A DNA stretch of 61,700 nucleotides, the filler included, from Sphacelaria rigidula (Eukaryota), in the NCBI GenBank assembly GCA_964200075.2. It is 7 parts of 7 records of this genome, joined end to end, with 100 filler letters (N's around TTAATTAATTAA, not from the genome) between each part and the next. Parts side by side here need not be neighbours in the genome. Positions count along the whole stretch, not along the records: positions 1 to 8,729 come from CAXNAA020010252.1; positions 8,830 to 17,558 come from CAXNAA020010253.1; 5 more parts are not named here. The stretch is one strand, 5' to 3'. The translations under genes were made by a program, and so were the position numbers. Below, piece after piece: positions 1 through 12,000 of this stretch; the first letter of the stretch is position 1, and every line of letters starts with the position of its first letter. Below the pieces are notes generated by a model. It was not told where the DNA came from. It made no database searches and saw nothing but the letters and a program-made list of their open reading frames with translations.

Positions 1-921
1 ATGCTCTTCTTGTTGTGGAGTGATCGAGCTTTGAAATTCGGTCCAGGGGGTGTGCGATGACTCGCACAAATACGGGTATTTTTCGATCGAAAATGTGCGG
101 TTGAAAAGGAAAACTCCAATCTGATGGATTCGTGATTCCAACTATCGCAGTTATTTGAGATGGTTGAAATCATGACCTCTCAGATCGGAAACTGATGTGC
201 TAAGACACGGCATTAGTTGTGGTTTGTGTACAACGGGGAGGAAGGGGCGGGGGGGGGTTATGCTCCGAAGCAAATAAACAACACGGACCCCTGTGGGAAG
301 CAGAACTTCGAAAGAAAATAACGCTTTGGTGGCACAAGAACCAAATGCAGCGACGGGCAGTTCCTGTGTCACGGAGCGCGCCTGTTTCGTCGTGGTGGGA
401 GTATGGATCATGTGCGGGAAACGCTGGGTCCACCGTTGTAAACATGGAACAGCTCATATACTCCGTTGTAACAACCCTCCAGTCTTCAGGCAACGGGTCG
501 AATATCTCTCAGTTCTTGCGCCACACGCACACCCACCACCAACAACAACAACAACACCGACACCACTCCTCTCAAACCATATCAATATTTCTCGACCAAA
601 AATATCGTCATCTTCAATTTTCCCATTTTCGACAGGGATTCCAAATCGTTTATTTTTCTTTGTTGGAACTTAGCGAGGTGTTGCTTACTCGTAGGTGCTG
701 ACGCATTTTTTCAATTCACGTGAGGAGTACGCACTCCTTGGCAGACTTCGAAAATCACAGCACAACAAAAGGAAAGAGCAACCAAACTCGCCCTCCCGGC
801 GAGAGAATATCCACCCATCCCCCTAACAAGTAGGCCAAGCCACAACTTGCCAAGCCAACAGCAGGCGTGAGTACCTCGTGTCAGCCACCAAGCGCGCCTG
901 CCTTGAGTAGGCTGCATGATC

Positions 922-1146
922 AAAATTCGACTTAACGGTCGACAACGGAAAGGGGATGCTGAAGCCCTCTCGCGATAAAAAAGAAAGGTAAGCACCGCAG
1001 AAGGAAGGTTGAGTACTAAAACAAATACAGTAAAACACAAAAAAAAAACTCTTGTGTTGACCTTCCCTCCTGTGTGACTCCGGCTGGTGCGTCCACATCT
1101 ACCGAAAGGTGTAAACCCGCGTCCAGAATAGATGGGATCACAACAC
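922..1146 (+). mobile_element. 3' part (5'-truncated copy) of tRNA-derived SINE family S1
   Basis: Aligns by eye to 43125-43330 (ttcgactt..ggtcgac..gctgaa..ctctcgcgata..aagcaccgcagaaggaagg..cctgtgtgac..gatggga). Confidence 0.8.
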
Positions 1147-3840
1147 GATCGCTCGTGCTGTGATAGCCCACTTGAATTGTTCTTACCCGGTTAGGCATTC
1201 CGCATTGTACACCTCGGTCTCACATTTGCCCAAGGAAAGTGGTTTCCTCTGTGTCAGCGTATGGCGCTCTCGTGGACTTGCCGCCACGTATTAAGCGACA
1301 TACGCGGACCTAGGGACGGGGAGAGGATGAGTTCCGATCTAGATAGCTAGCTACCTGTACACCCTTATTTCAAGTTCTGGTGAGAGAAGCTCGTGAAGAA
1401 AATGCACGTATATATATATATATATATATCCGGTGGTCTCCGCGGCGGCTCGGCTTTTGTAAGTCTCAAGCTTTCACGTAATTGGAGATCGGATGAGGAC
1501 GGGTATGGATAGTTGTACCTCTAGGTTTCCGCCTGTGTAGAGGCGTTTGTTTTCTGCGGCGTGTTTGAAGCTGAAAAGTCTGATCCAAGTCCGTCCACAC
1601 ACATGGTGCATAGGGGAGGACCTGTGTATTACATATGAAGAAAAGAGAGAATCGAAATATTCGCAGCTCATACTTGCAGTCGCTGTGGTACCTGCAGAGG
1701 AAGGACCCTTCTCCTGTACGTGTGTGTATAATCTCACACCCTGTACACTATATGGTCACTGGTTGCAGTAGACAAAAAATGTACCGCGTGAAGTATGGAC
1801 CAATTGTATCTATTGACCATATATTGTCGAGGGCGTGATGTTTTCTCAAATGATTGGATGTCCCACTTGAGTGCGGTACAGCGCAAGCGGAATCGGACCG
1901 CACCTGGGTGTAACAGCCGCACTTATCTGCGGGCGCCCGGGTTTCGTAGCACACTGCAGCAGGACCAAACTATGGGCAACGATTCTATCGCCGCTTAAGT
2001 TGTTCTGGGGTACTGCGGTAGTGCGGATACAAACAACGTTGAACCACGTACGCACGGGTGATTCGACGGATGTGCAAGATCAGTGTTATTCATTTTTAAT
2101 GATATAGAGGCATTTGGTTGGGAAAGGTGTACGTTTTGGTAGACAGTCATGCTCCACAGTTTCAAATTGCCTTGTGCTCAGCTTGTACTCAGAGAGAAGG
2201 CCATCGTAGGAAGAGGGGTGGGTACTGTCAGCATCAAAAGCTGGCTTCACGGGCCACGCCTCACGGCGGAGAAAGCCGCATCATGCACGAGGGATCCGCC
2301 ACAGCACATATCGCAAGCGATTGCTGCTGAAAATACGTCTATATACGCGAGAGCAGGGCGAAGTTGGTGCAGAGTTCTCTTGATGCAGGCCCCACCCTGT
2401 GCACATCGGTCTTGAAACACACATATAGAATATACTGCTTGCCGTCTGTGTTTTAACACTCCGTACCAACCGCAGCAGTGACGCCTTGGGCAGTACCACC
2501 TGCTCACTACACAGCGGCGGGGTGCACAGTCAGTGGCATAGCACACCGCAGGACGTGTCATCCTTAGCCTATCCCCACGTGCTGTATTCATTCCCCGCTG
2601 TCTTATGTAGTTCGTCACAAGATAGACGCAAAAGCTTGTACTGCGGCCAAAGTGTTGTTCGTGCAGCTACCGACTACAAGTACGAGTATTACGCGGAGTG
2701 CAGCAGCAGGGAATAATTTCCACACTATGCGCGGTACGCTTTTTTGCATCGTACACGTACTGACTGTAGAAATATTTTGCCCAGGGCGTGGTACATTTTC
2801 ACATATAATCTAACGCGGTGAGATCGTGAAAGAAAACGCAAGATGTTGAAGAAATGTAAGTGAGGCAATCGCCAAAATATTCACGTACAAATTCCCCCCA
2901 GTGCGCTGTAAGATGGTATCGCTAGAAGAACACCACTCTAACCACCTTGCCGGCTGCCAGGCTGTCAGCAACTTGGACACACTAGCATTGCCACTGTCTG
3001 TACGGGGACGTTGCCCTCTCGCCGGGTACACCGCCAAGGGTCCGTGTCAGAGCGCAGTGGTCGCGCAACAGAAGCGTAACCTTGACCTGTCGAGCGACTT
3101 GGACCGGGAACGTTCATCCCCCGACCCTCAGATATATAACGGAGCCTAAACGCATGCTTGTGTGCTGGGTTTCTGCGGGTGTTCTTGCTCAACTGAGCAA
3201 AGATTGATGATAAGGCCGACGGGATCCGTTGCAGCCTGCGGACCCGAGCAGTGCCATACCCAGTATAATCGTCATCAGACAGGAGGTGCCAAAAACAAAT
3301 ATGTACTGTCACCGCTGGTATTCACCGTTTCAATGCAGGCCGGGCTTTCAGCGCCTTGCGCGGTTACGGCTGTGCCTGTGACCCCTTGCTGTATGTAGTA
3401 CCCATCTACACGCCCCCCAAGTTTCGGCTTCATCACAAGCGAGTTGCAGATTATCTTGACGCCTAACCTTCCCCCCAAAACACCGCCTCCATATTATCGA
3501 CAAGGAATAACACTGAGATTGCAGTGCGAACGGTTGTGATCGTTCGTTTTTTTACGCGGTCGCTCTTGATGTCCTCCTGCATGGTAGCACCGGCACGTGA
3601 TGTTGCTCGCAGGCAGACGATCCCGTCGTCATTGCTTGTGGCTGCACTCGCTCGCGTACTCCTGTGGTGGGAGTACGCATAGTATATGTGCATGCGACCC
3701 TATTCCCCTTTCTTGCGACAAATATCGTGACGTGTAAATGTTCGAGTACTCGTGTTTCGTCAGATAAAGTCATTTTCCCCGTCTCGCACATACTCCCTTG
3801 ATGATGATTAGTAAAGAATGAAAACACCAGTCGATTGCGT

Positions 3841-4206
3841 TGTATGTGTTGTTATCCTGTCTATTCTGGACTCCAGTCTGCACCTTTCGGTGTATGTGGG
3901 CGCATGAAGCAGGGTCACACGAGAGGAAGGCCAACACAGGAGTTTTTGTTTTTTGTTATTTTGTTTCAGTACTCCACGTCCCTTCTGCGTTGCTTGCCTT
4001 ACTTTTCTTAATCGCGAGAAGGGTTCAGCGGTCCCTTTTCCTCATCGACCGTGAAATCGAATATTTTGTACCCACGACATGGGTCGCTCTCCACTGCTGG
4101 GCATGGTGTTATAAAAAATGCTACTTCGTGTGACTTTATTCGAACCCACGACCCAACAGTCAGAAGATATGGAGGTTACCCACTGAGCCACCGGGGCGAT
4201 CGGCCT
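3841..4206 (-). mobile_element. Full-length tRNA-derived SINE S1
   Basis: The minus strand has a tRNA-like head (gatcgccccggtggctcagtggg A box, ggttcgaat B box) and the same body as 42986-43380. Confidence 0.85.
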
Positions 4207-4641
4207 AGTCGATTACTGTCTGAAAACGAGGGCACTGGGAACCGTACCAATTTTTTCCAGGCAACAAAAGTGCAAGTTTCCAAGCTTTGTCTATATACGA
4301 GTATGTGGGTACCACCACATATCGTACGCTTCGTGAGCAGGAGGCCCCGGGTTCGAATCCCGGCTCCCATCAGAAAACGACGAAAAAAGTTCAGCGGGAA
4401 CAAAGTTATATTTAATTATATCTAATTAATTTTTTACATATACACATAATATGTATTGTCTTTCCCTTGTCCAAAAAAATAAAATTCAATCCCAAGTAAC
4501 CACCTATCCTCAAACAATTTTTTTAATAACTAATTAATTAATTATATTTATATTATATATAGCGATCGTATATTGCTTTGTTCACTGTTCGTATAAATAT
4601 AAATCGTCGGGGCATCAATACCCCCCCCCCTCCCTCGTTCT

Positions 4642-4812
4642 CTATGCAAGATATTCAGTAGGCTTCGGGCCGAACGATCTTAGCAGGATGCAGCTCACCC
4701 TGCCAAGATTGTTCGGCCCAAAGCGTACTGACTATCTTGCATTTGGATGGCAGCCTACAACGAGTTGCTTTATTTTCAGGTATCGCCACTTCTAAAGGGG
4801 GGCAGGGGGGGG
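4642..4812. repeat. Two inverted fragments of repeat family R1 forming a foldback
   Basis: 4642-4700 matches R1 forward and 4698-4812 matches R1 reverse. Each fragment is preceded on its own strand by a C-rich tract. Confidence 0.7.
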
Positions 4813-4836
4813 CACTCGTAGACAATGCCTTCTCAC

Positions 4837-7800
4837 CATGGCCAGCTCCTGCACCGCTTGACGCTGCGCGGATCCTTCCTCTGTCGCCGCCCACAGCTAC
4901 ACACGGGCAGATTATGATGTTCCGGACGAGAAGACATGGTGCATGGTGATGCATGTTCACCGGGGCGAGTACAGGACACCGTGGGGGAGAGGAGGCGGGT
5001 TGAGATGACGGATCAATGTTTTCATTATGATTGTCACTGTAGTAGCCTGCTTCTTTTTCTCCCACATGTACTACCGTGTTATATGAATAATAACTAGGTA
5101 TGCTTCAGCACACCATCTACAGTGACACAAATAAAGATCACCGTGCTTTCACTAACCCCCTGCCTGCCCCCTGTCTTGCGAAACTGCCGTTTAAACCCTG
5201 ATTCATTTCGCTACTTTTGTACCCACCTTCCTAAAAAAACATCCATGATACCCCTTATTCTGCAACAACGCGGTGATTGGTCAGAAATACCAAATTTTCA
5301 ACGGCGATTAGACCAGAGTACGGGTGCGGATACGGCTCACTTTTTCAGGGACCCTGGATATACCGGATACCATAGCACTTTTTATTCAATGACTCAGACC
5401 CGGTTTCCCTAGAAAGTGTTCCCGGCAGTTCATATCATAGGTATCCTGGGTGGATGGGGCTGTACTCATAATCTTGCATACAAGACCCATGAGACCATTG
5501 ACCTCGCATCCCTACAAAGCCGGGACGGAGCACGCCGGGTTTTCGCCGGACCGGGTTCGCAATCACATCACCAAGCGCGAAACGTTGTGGTGTGTTCGGC
5601 GAGTCGCGTAAAGGATGAGCTTCATCCTGCCAAGATTGTTCGGCCCGAAGCGTACGAGTTATCTTGCATAGGGACGACAGCCTTCAATGGGTTGCTTCGT
5701 TTTCTGGTATTGCCACTTTCAGAGAGACAGCCACGGGCTACACACTGCCTCATGGGTGTCTCACCATACCCAGTGTAGGGCAGGGGGGGAGGGGGGGGGG
5801 AGACTCAGTGCTGCAAAAGTACCCTGAAAAGCCGCGGTAGCCTCTTCACTGGGGTACGGCACCCCTACCCTAGCTACTTCTGAAAAGTTTGCAGAATAAC
5901 ATGCTCGTGCAGAGAATCAGCAAAAGGGACGCGGCTTATTTTGAGGCATCGAGATCATGCACAGGAAATACAAAGTTCCGAAACATGCTCGGAGCGAGAG
6001 AGATACACAATAGCCACAGAATAATACGAAAAATAGGGGTACGTACAATGCCTGAAAATTCAAAGGAAAGGACAACCAAACGAACGAGCAAAAAATATAA
6101 TAACACACTCGCAAGTTGTTTTGCGCGAGCGTGGGCAAACGATCACCAAATATGCGCAAAACTACTGGGCATGTAGTTCACTCAACACCCCCTGGTGAGG
6201 CAAAATAATAATCAGAAATTCAACACATAGGGTGCGCCCATCAAAATTTCGCATCACTGCATCCCCGCCATCTCTCCCGACTCCTCCCACCAAGTTATAT
6301 CCATGACGTATGTATACCTCGCAAAGCGCCGGCGTAAGATGTCTGTGGAACGCGGCTGTGAGCGTGTCCCCCTGTCCTTCCTCCTGAACTTCGTCCCGAC
6401 TCTCCTCGCCCCGAACTACAACCGACACACCAGCCTCCCTTCCACCGGCTGAGTCCACGGGAGCACTAGCGCCGTGCACGGCAGCACCGTCGCCCCCGAC
6501 GTTTACCATACCACCGTCATCACCTGCAGCACTGCCGGTACAATCGGCACTACTGTCCCTAGATAGCAGTAACTGTTTCCCCAGACAAGCAACAGGATCA
6601 TCCGCGGCCCTCATCTCCGCTTCCCTGCCCCCCCCCGCCCCATCATGCTCATCATCATCATCCTCATACTCGCTACGCAATTCTCCAGCGACGTCAGTAG
6701 CGGCGGCGCCCGCCTCAACCTCGTCATCATCCAGGTACTCGCTGCGCGATCCCCCAGCAATGTCGGTAGCGGTGTCGCCCCCGTCATCATCAAAGTAGTC
6801 GCTGCGCTCTCCCCCAGCGACATCAGCAGCAGTACCACCACCCGCAACATCATTATCGTCATCATCATCCAAGTACTCCGTGCGAGATCCTGTGGCTACA
6901 TCAGTAGCCACGCCGCCCGCAACAATACCATCATCACCGCAGTCAACCCCACCAACTTCTCCTTCGTCATCGGTGCAAGCTTCCTCCGCTCTCGCCGGCG
7001 GTAAAATCTCCGCCAAATTTAACTCCCCCTCTCGTGGCTCTCGTCCTCCGGCTCCGGCGGCACTGGCGAGTTCCATCGACGCGACAAACACCTGCTGCTT
7101 ACCTTGACCGCCGTCGCCTTCACTCCACGGCTCGTCCTCATCTCGCTCGAAAGCTAGGCGATCAAAATCGATCGACCGCGAGCGTCTGCCCGCGCTGCCC
7201 CCGCCTCCGCCGTCCGTGCTATGAAAAACCGCCATGTTGCTGCTTGTGGACACCACGGGAGACGGTTCTTCCGGCTCTTCCTCGCGGCCCTCTCCCATCG
7301 GCAAATCCCACTTGTTCGCATCACCCGCATCCTCTCCTTTCTCTCGGTCGCGCCGCCCTCGTACTCTACCTACCCCATTTTCGTCTCCATCCCGTTTGCT
7401 ATCCCCCGACGGCAAAATCCAGCAGTTCGCACCCGCGTCACCAACCCCCCGCACTACTACCCCCTTACTATCCTCGTGTTCCCCCGCAACCGTTCTAGCC
7501 ACCAGCCCCACGAGCTCGTCTCCGGCGCCCTTGACACTCCCTCCTCGAGAACTCGCAGCCGACAGGGGATCCTCCACGCCGATACTTTTGACGAAGGCAT
7601 CGAGCGAAAACAAGCCGGGCGCCGTCGACGCAGGAGGCGGCAGCGTGTTGCTGTTGTTGCTCTCGTTGTCATTCTTATTTGATGACGACGCCGCAGAATC
7701 AGATAACGTACGCCGACCAATATTCCGCACCGGGGACGACGTTTCTTCTTCTCCGCCACTCCCCCGGCCGTCGCGACCCATCAGTGACTCCCATCCTTTC

Positions 7801-8340
7801 TCGGACACCGCGGCCGCCGCCGCGGCTCCGCCGGCCGTCGCCCCAATCGCAAGCGGCTCTGGCGAGCACGAGCTGTTGGAATTATCCGATCGAGATCGGT
7901 GCCATGCGTGGGAATACCGCTTCCCTCCCGCCCAGCCCAGTACACCGATACCCGGCGAAGACGGGGATGATGATAAGCTGTCTCGGGCCGCGGATCGCAG
8001 GAACCTCCCCAGCATCGACCCGGATCTAGTGCTACGCGGGCGCACTCCACGACCACCGCCACCTGCACTCGCCAACGGGGACATCATCGCGGACGCCCCG
8101 CCATTAAACCCGGATGTCGGAGACTGAGTTTCCAATTTCAAGTGAGCTTTTTCGATTCGGGCAGCCGCCGGCGCGTTGGCGGCAGCAACGGCGGGTGTCT
8201 CGCAGAGGCCCTGCTGTTGGCGGCGGATTTCTTCAGCCCGTGCTTTCCGCGCCAGCTCCACCATGTCCCCCTGGACGCTTATTGCTGACTCGATGTCGTC
8301 CACGCCGAGAATACTGGCAACCTTTTTCAGCTTTATTGGC
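4837..8340 (-). CDS. Partial gene (exons 8340-6318 and 4896-4837): Ser/Gly/Asp-rich low-complexity protein, possibly the C-terminal region of a GCKIII/STE20-like kinase
   Basis: 743-aa ORF with acceptor ..ggagcag|GCCAATAAAG and donor GAG|gtatac. A 60-nt phase-0 exon follows, joining HLTPALCE to LWAATEEGSAQRQAVQELAM. No kinase domain lies in the window, so the family assignment is weak. Confidence 0.7.
5453..5770 (-). mobile_element. Full-length repeat family R1 (~320 bp)
   Basis: Reverse-complement match to 38730-39046 from ATGGTGAGACACCCATGAGG to ATGAGTACAGCCCC. A C tract (G run at 5778-5800 on +) lies just upstream. Confidence 0.8.
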
Positions 8341-8647
8341 CTGCTCCGAACGGAAGGTGGGAAGAAAAAAAGTGGAAGACAGGCCATGGGCAACGTATGA
8401 AAAGTATCGTCCAGTGATCCGAATAACTAAACAAGAAAAAAAGCCATGGTACGAAGATTGTTCACATGTTTTGTCATTCACCTGGTCACTCACGCGTGGC
8501 GCTTCAGCTTTGCGCGCACGCACGACTAAACAGAACAGCACTCACGTCGTCACCGCCACCACTGCAATACATACACATGTGAGAAGATGATGAAAAAAAT
8601 CGAGCGACCCTTTGGAGAAATGTCACCCTTCACGTGGTAGTATCCTC

Positions 8648-8691
<44 letters not shown>

Positions 8692-8729
8692 AAACACACG
8701 CCACCGACCCTCCCCCGACACCAGCCAAC

Positions 8730-8829
8730 NNNNNNNNNNNNNNNNNNNNNNNNNNNNNNNNNNNNNNNNNNNNTTAATTAATTAANNNNNNNNNNNNNNN
8801 NNNNNNNNNNNNNNNNNNNNNNNNNNNNN
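8730..8829. other. Artificial 100-nt scaffold spacer (N44-TTAATTAATTAA-N44)
   Basis: Identical spacers at 8730-8829, 17559-17658, 26388-26487, 35217-35316, 44045-44144 and 52873-52972. 4x8729+3x8728+6x100=61700. Confidence 0.98.
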
Positions 8830-8910
8830 AGTAGGAACGGTGCTCCGTCTCGAAAGGGATGCGTGCTCAATGGTCAAACGACTAAGGCAAGCAACAAACG
8901 CCCCCCCCCT
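8830..8910 (+). mobile_element. Repeat family R2, 3' part
   Basis: gtaggaacggtgctccgtctcgaaagggatgcgtgctcaatggtcaaacgactaaggcaagc..ccccccc, also at 34505-34685 and 47654-47830. Confidence 0.8.
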
Positions 8911-9076
8911 GAGGAAAAAAAACTCAGTCAGCATTTCGTTATTCGAGATATTTAATAGAGGGCGAAATGTTTTGTTTTTCCAACATTTCTTCTTCACGTT
9001 CCCATGCACCCTTCCTCTCAGCCATTTTGTTTTACTATGTGGTGTAATTCGTTTTGTACCATCATTATTAACTCAC

Positions 9077-12000
9077 GGTGATTATGTTGTTGTCGGAATT
9101 CTTAAGGTAGATGATCTGGTCGGGGGAAGTGAGAGTGTTGTCGCGCACGACGTTGTCCTTGGGCCGTCCGTCGCTGCCCGCCTCCGGATCGTCGTTGCCC
9201 TTGACTGTTCGTATTTTCAGTGTCATTTTCCACAAAACGCACGCGCACAACCACGCAAAGACAAGAGATAAGCAGCGTCCGTGCACGAGGGTCAGGGTAT
9301 ACATGAACGCAGCATAACTGTGACGGCTCGATTGCTTTTGAATGGGGTACAGTCGATGAAAGTCGTGGCTTGAGTGGGTACATGAAACTGCCGTTATCTG
9401 AGGTTTGGCATGCGGAGTAAAAATCAAGAGGCAGGACGGTTGCTATGTTCTCGTACTTCCAAGCATTTCCTGTCACTCTCATTTTCCACGTCAAGGCTCG
9501 AACATTTATACAGGTTCCTCGTGCGACTTTGGGTCTGAGCAAGGACGGCTGATGTGATGGCTGAGAAAACAGAACGTTATCACCACGCGCACTCTCGCGC
9601 CCAATATTTGTACGGAGGGGGGGGTCCTAGCTTGGTGTGGTGGGTTCCCCGCCAGGCGTGACCGCATATTGCTGGGACCCCTTGCTACACTGGTATAATG
9701 CAATGTCATTGACAACTTGCTTCAGAATATTGGTATAACAGATCGAACTCGGGACATAAGTGCTTTTGACCGCACTGCGGTAGGACCTCACATAGAAGAC
9801 CGAACTGTGGTGGGACCCCCAGTATAGATTCAGATCGGACACTTTAGATCCTCGTACGACAAGACGAAGCCGCGGTTGACGTCCTGGTCATACGTGTACG
9901 ATGGCATTGGCCATCATCCATAGTAGTAGTAGAAGTGTGCTGGCTTCGAGGTATCCACGAAAGTGATGCTCTGATCAATATGATACTTGAAATCGAATGC
10001 ACCGGTGTGCAGAAGAATGAGCAACAAATGAATAAATTCATCAACGAGCGTGCCATTCATCGCTAACTATACTGCAATAGCTTTCACGAGCACTCACACA
10101 TGTAGATGGCATACAACGGGTCCTCCGCGTCGGTGACGTCCACTACGTTGTCGTACACCTCGTTGTTGCTGGCCCCGACGCTCCACCTCACACCATCTGC
10201 CGGAGAAATCATGACCAAAAATTGAAAACTCATTGCAGTGTGATACATGAAACATAAATACCCATAATGATGATGATGGTGGCAGTGGGTGATATTGATA
10301 ATAATAATGATGATGATAGAGCTCTAATGGTGATGGCTATGATGATTATGGCGATGGTGACGGTGATGACGATGGCGATGATATAGCAGACGTAATGACG
10401 ATAATAACAATGAAAGTAAGGCAGCGGTGACACTATCGAGTATGATCACCTCGACAATAACAACAATCGGGACACAACTATATCAGACCTAATAGCTGCT
10501 CGTTTTCCTTGACTCTTACATTTGTTTCTGTAGAAATAGTTGTTGTAAACCTGGGCGTGAGACGATGCGAACAGAGCAAGGCCGGCGTCGCCATTCCTGT
10601 ACACCTCATTACCAGACACGATCCCGTGGTCGGAACTGCGGTGCAACATGATGCCAGCGTTTCCGTTTCGGTAGACCTCGTTGTTCTGGATAACCACGTT
10701 GTTGCACCTCTTGGAAGCGACTGCAAGACGAAAATAGCGATAATCGTTCATACATCCACACAGAAACACAGAGGTATTTACATATATATATATCATGGAA
10801 TACGGAATTGCGACTATATCATACCAGTATCTGCCTTCTGAAATAAGAGCAGGCACAGAATTGGCTGTTGGTGACAGAAAAAACGTAACAATAGTTAGAG
10901 TTCAATGAGCATTCACTACTAATAATAGCGGAGACAATTATTGTCGTCTTGTGGGCAACGGATCACGGGATTTGACACAAATTTCACGTAATTCTTCGTC
11001 AGTCGGGGAAATAAAGTGATATGCAAGTCACTTGTTATACAACAGTCGAGCGGAGAGATACGAGCAAACAAACTCTCAAATGAAGAGGCAGAGACAAAAA
11101 GAAAGGGCGCAGACAACGATAATGCCATCATCTGACACATACGAACATACATGATGGGTGAATAATAACGCAGAAAAAAGCGAGGGAGAAAACAAATACA
11201 CGCACACAGGGAATAATATTGTAGCATACATCGAGAGACACAAGAGCGCACGGCAAGCAGGGCAACGAATCCCCTGTCGAATCACAGCAACACCGCATGC
11301 ATGTACAAAAACCCTTCGTGGAAAATGACCGGAATAGGCATGAAAGAACGAATCAACGGACACCGACGGGGTGACCGACTCACTTATCCCGTGGTCGCCG
11401 TTCCTGTAAACCTTGTTGTTGCTGATGGTCAAGTGGTCGCTATCGTCGTGGGGGTCGAAGCCATACACCACGTTGTGGTGGATCTTGTTGTAGCTCCAGT
11501 CTCCGCCTTGGTGTCCTATTGGTCAATGAACCAGTTTGATAGGTCACGTGGGTTAGCGAGGAGAGCACGGGGTGGAGGAGAAGGATGGGGATCAAGCAGC
11601 TGCTGCCACGTTCTACTATCGATATTATAGTATGTTGGATTCAGTAACGCTATTAAGATCGAGAACAAGGCAGAGAGGGTCGATTTCAAGCAGCGATTTT
11701 GTCCTACTTTTTCTTTCATTCTTTTCTCGGAGCATTGTCAAACCCATGCTCTTCCTCGGCACGGCTCCATGGTCTCTAGAGAACAACCGGTCTCTCTCCC
11801 GATACACGTGGGTACATTTCGGTAGTGAGTACTGTATCACGGGTTGGATCAGCAATCCCGCGTCGCGTCGACTCTCCTCAGACGAGCGTTTCTTTGCTAC
11901 TCACCTCCTCATGTTTTCAACCACGGAAATCAGGTACGTCTCAGCAAAAAGGAACCCGAACGCCTCTGCTGGGGGTTCCGAAACCGCACTCTTCCCGCCC

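Noticed and set aside
4305..4372. tRNA gene (T-arm ccggg-ttcgaat-cccgg)
   Set aside because: No convincing A box/D arm or acceptor stem; a tRNA-derived fragment at most.
7234..8127. 297-aa plus-strand ORF and other overlapping ORFs
   Set aside because: Antisense shadows of the GC-rich minus-strand exon.
8774..8785. TTAATTAATTAA as a biological motif or piggyBac site
   Set aside because: Synthetic six-frame stop linker inside the N spacers.
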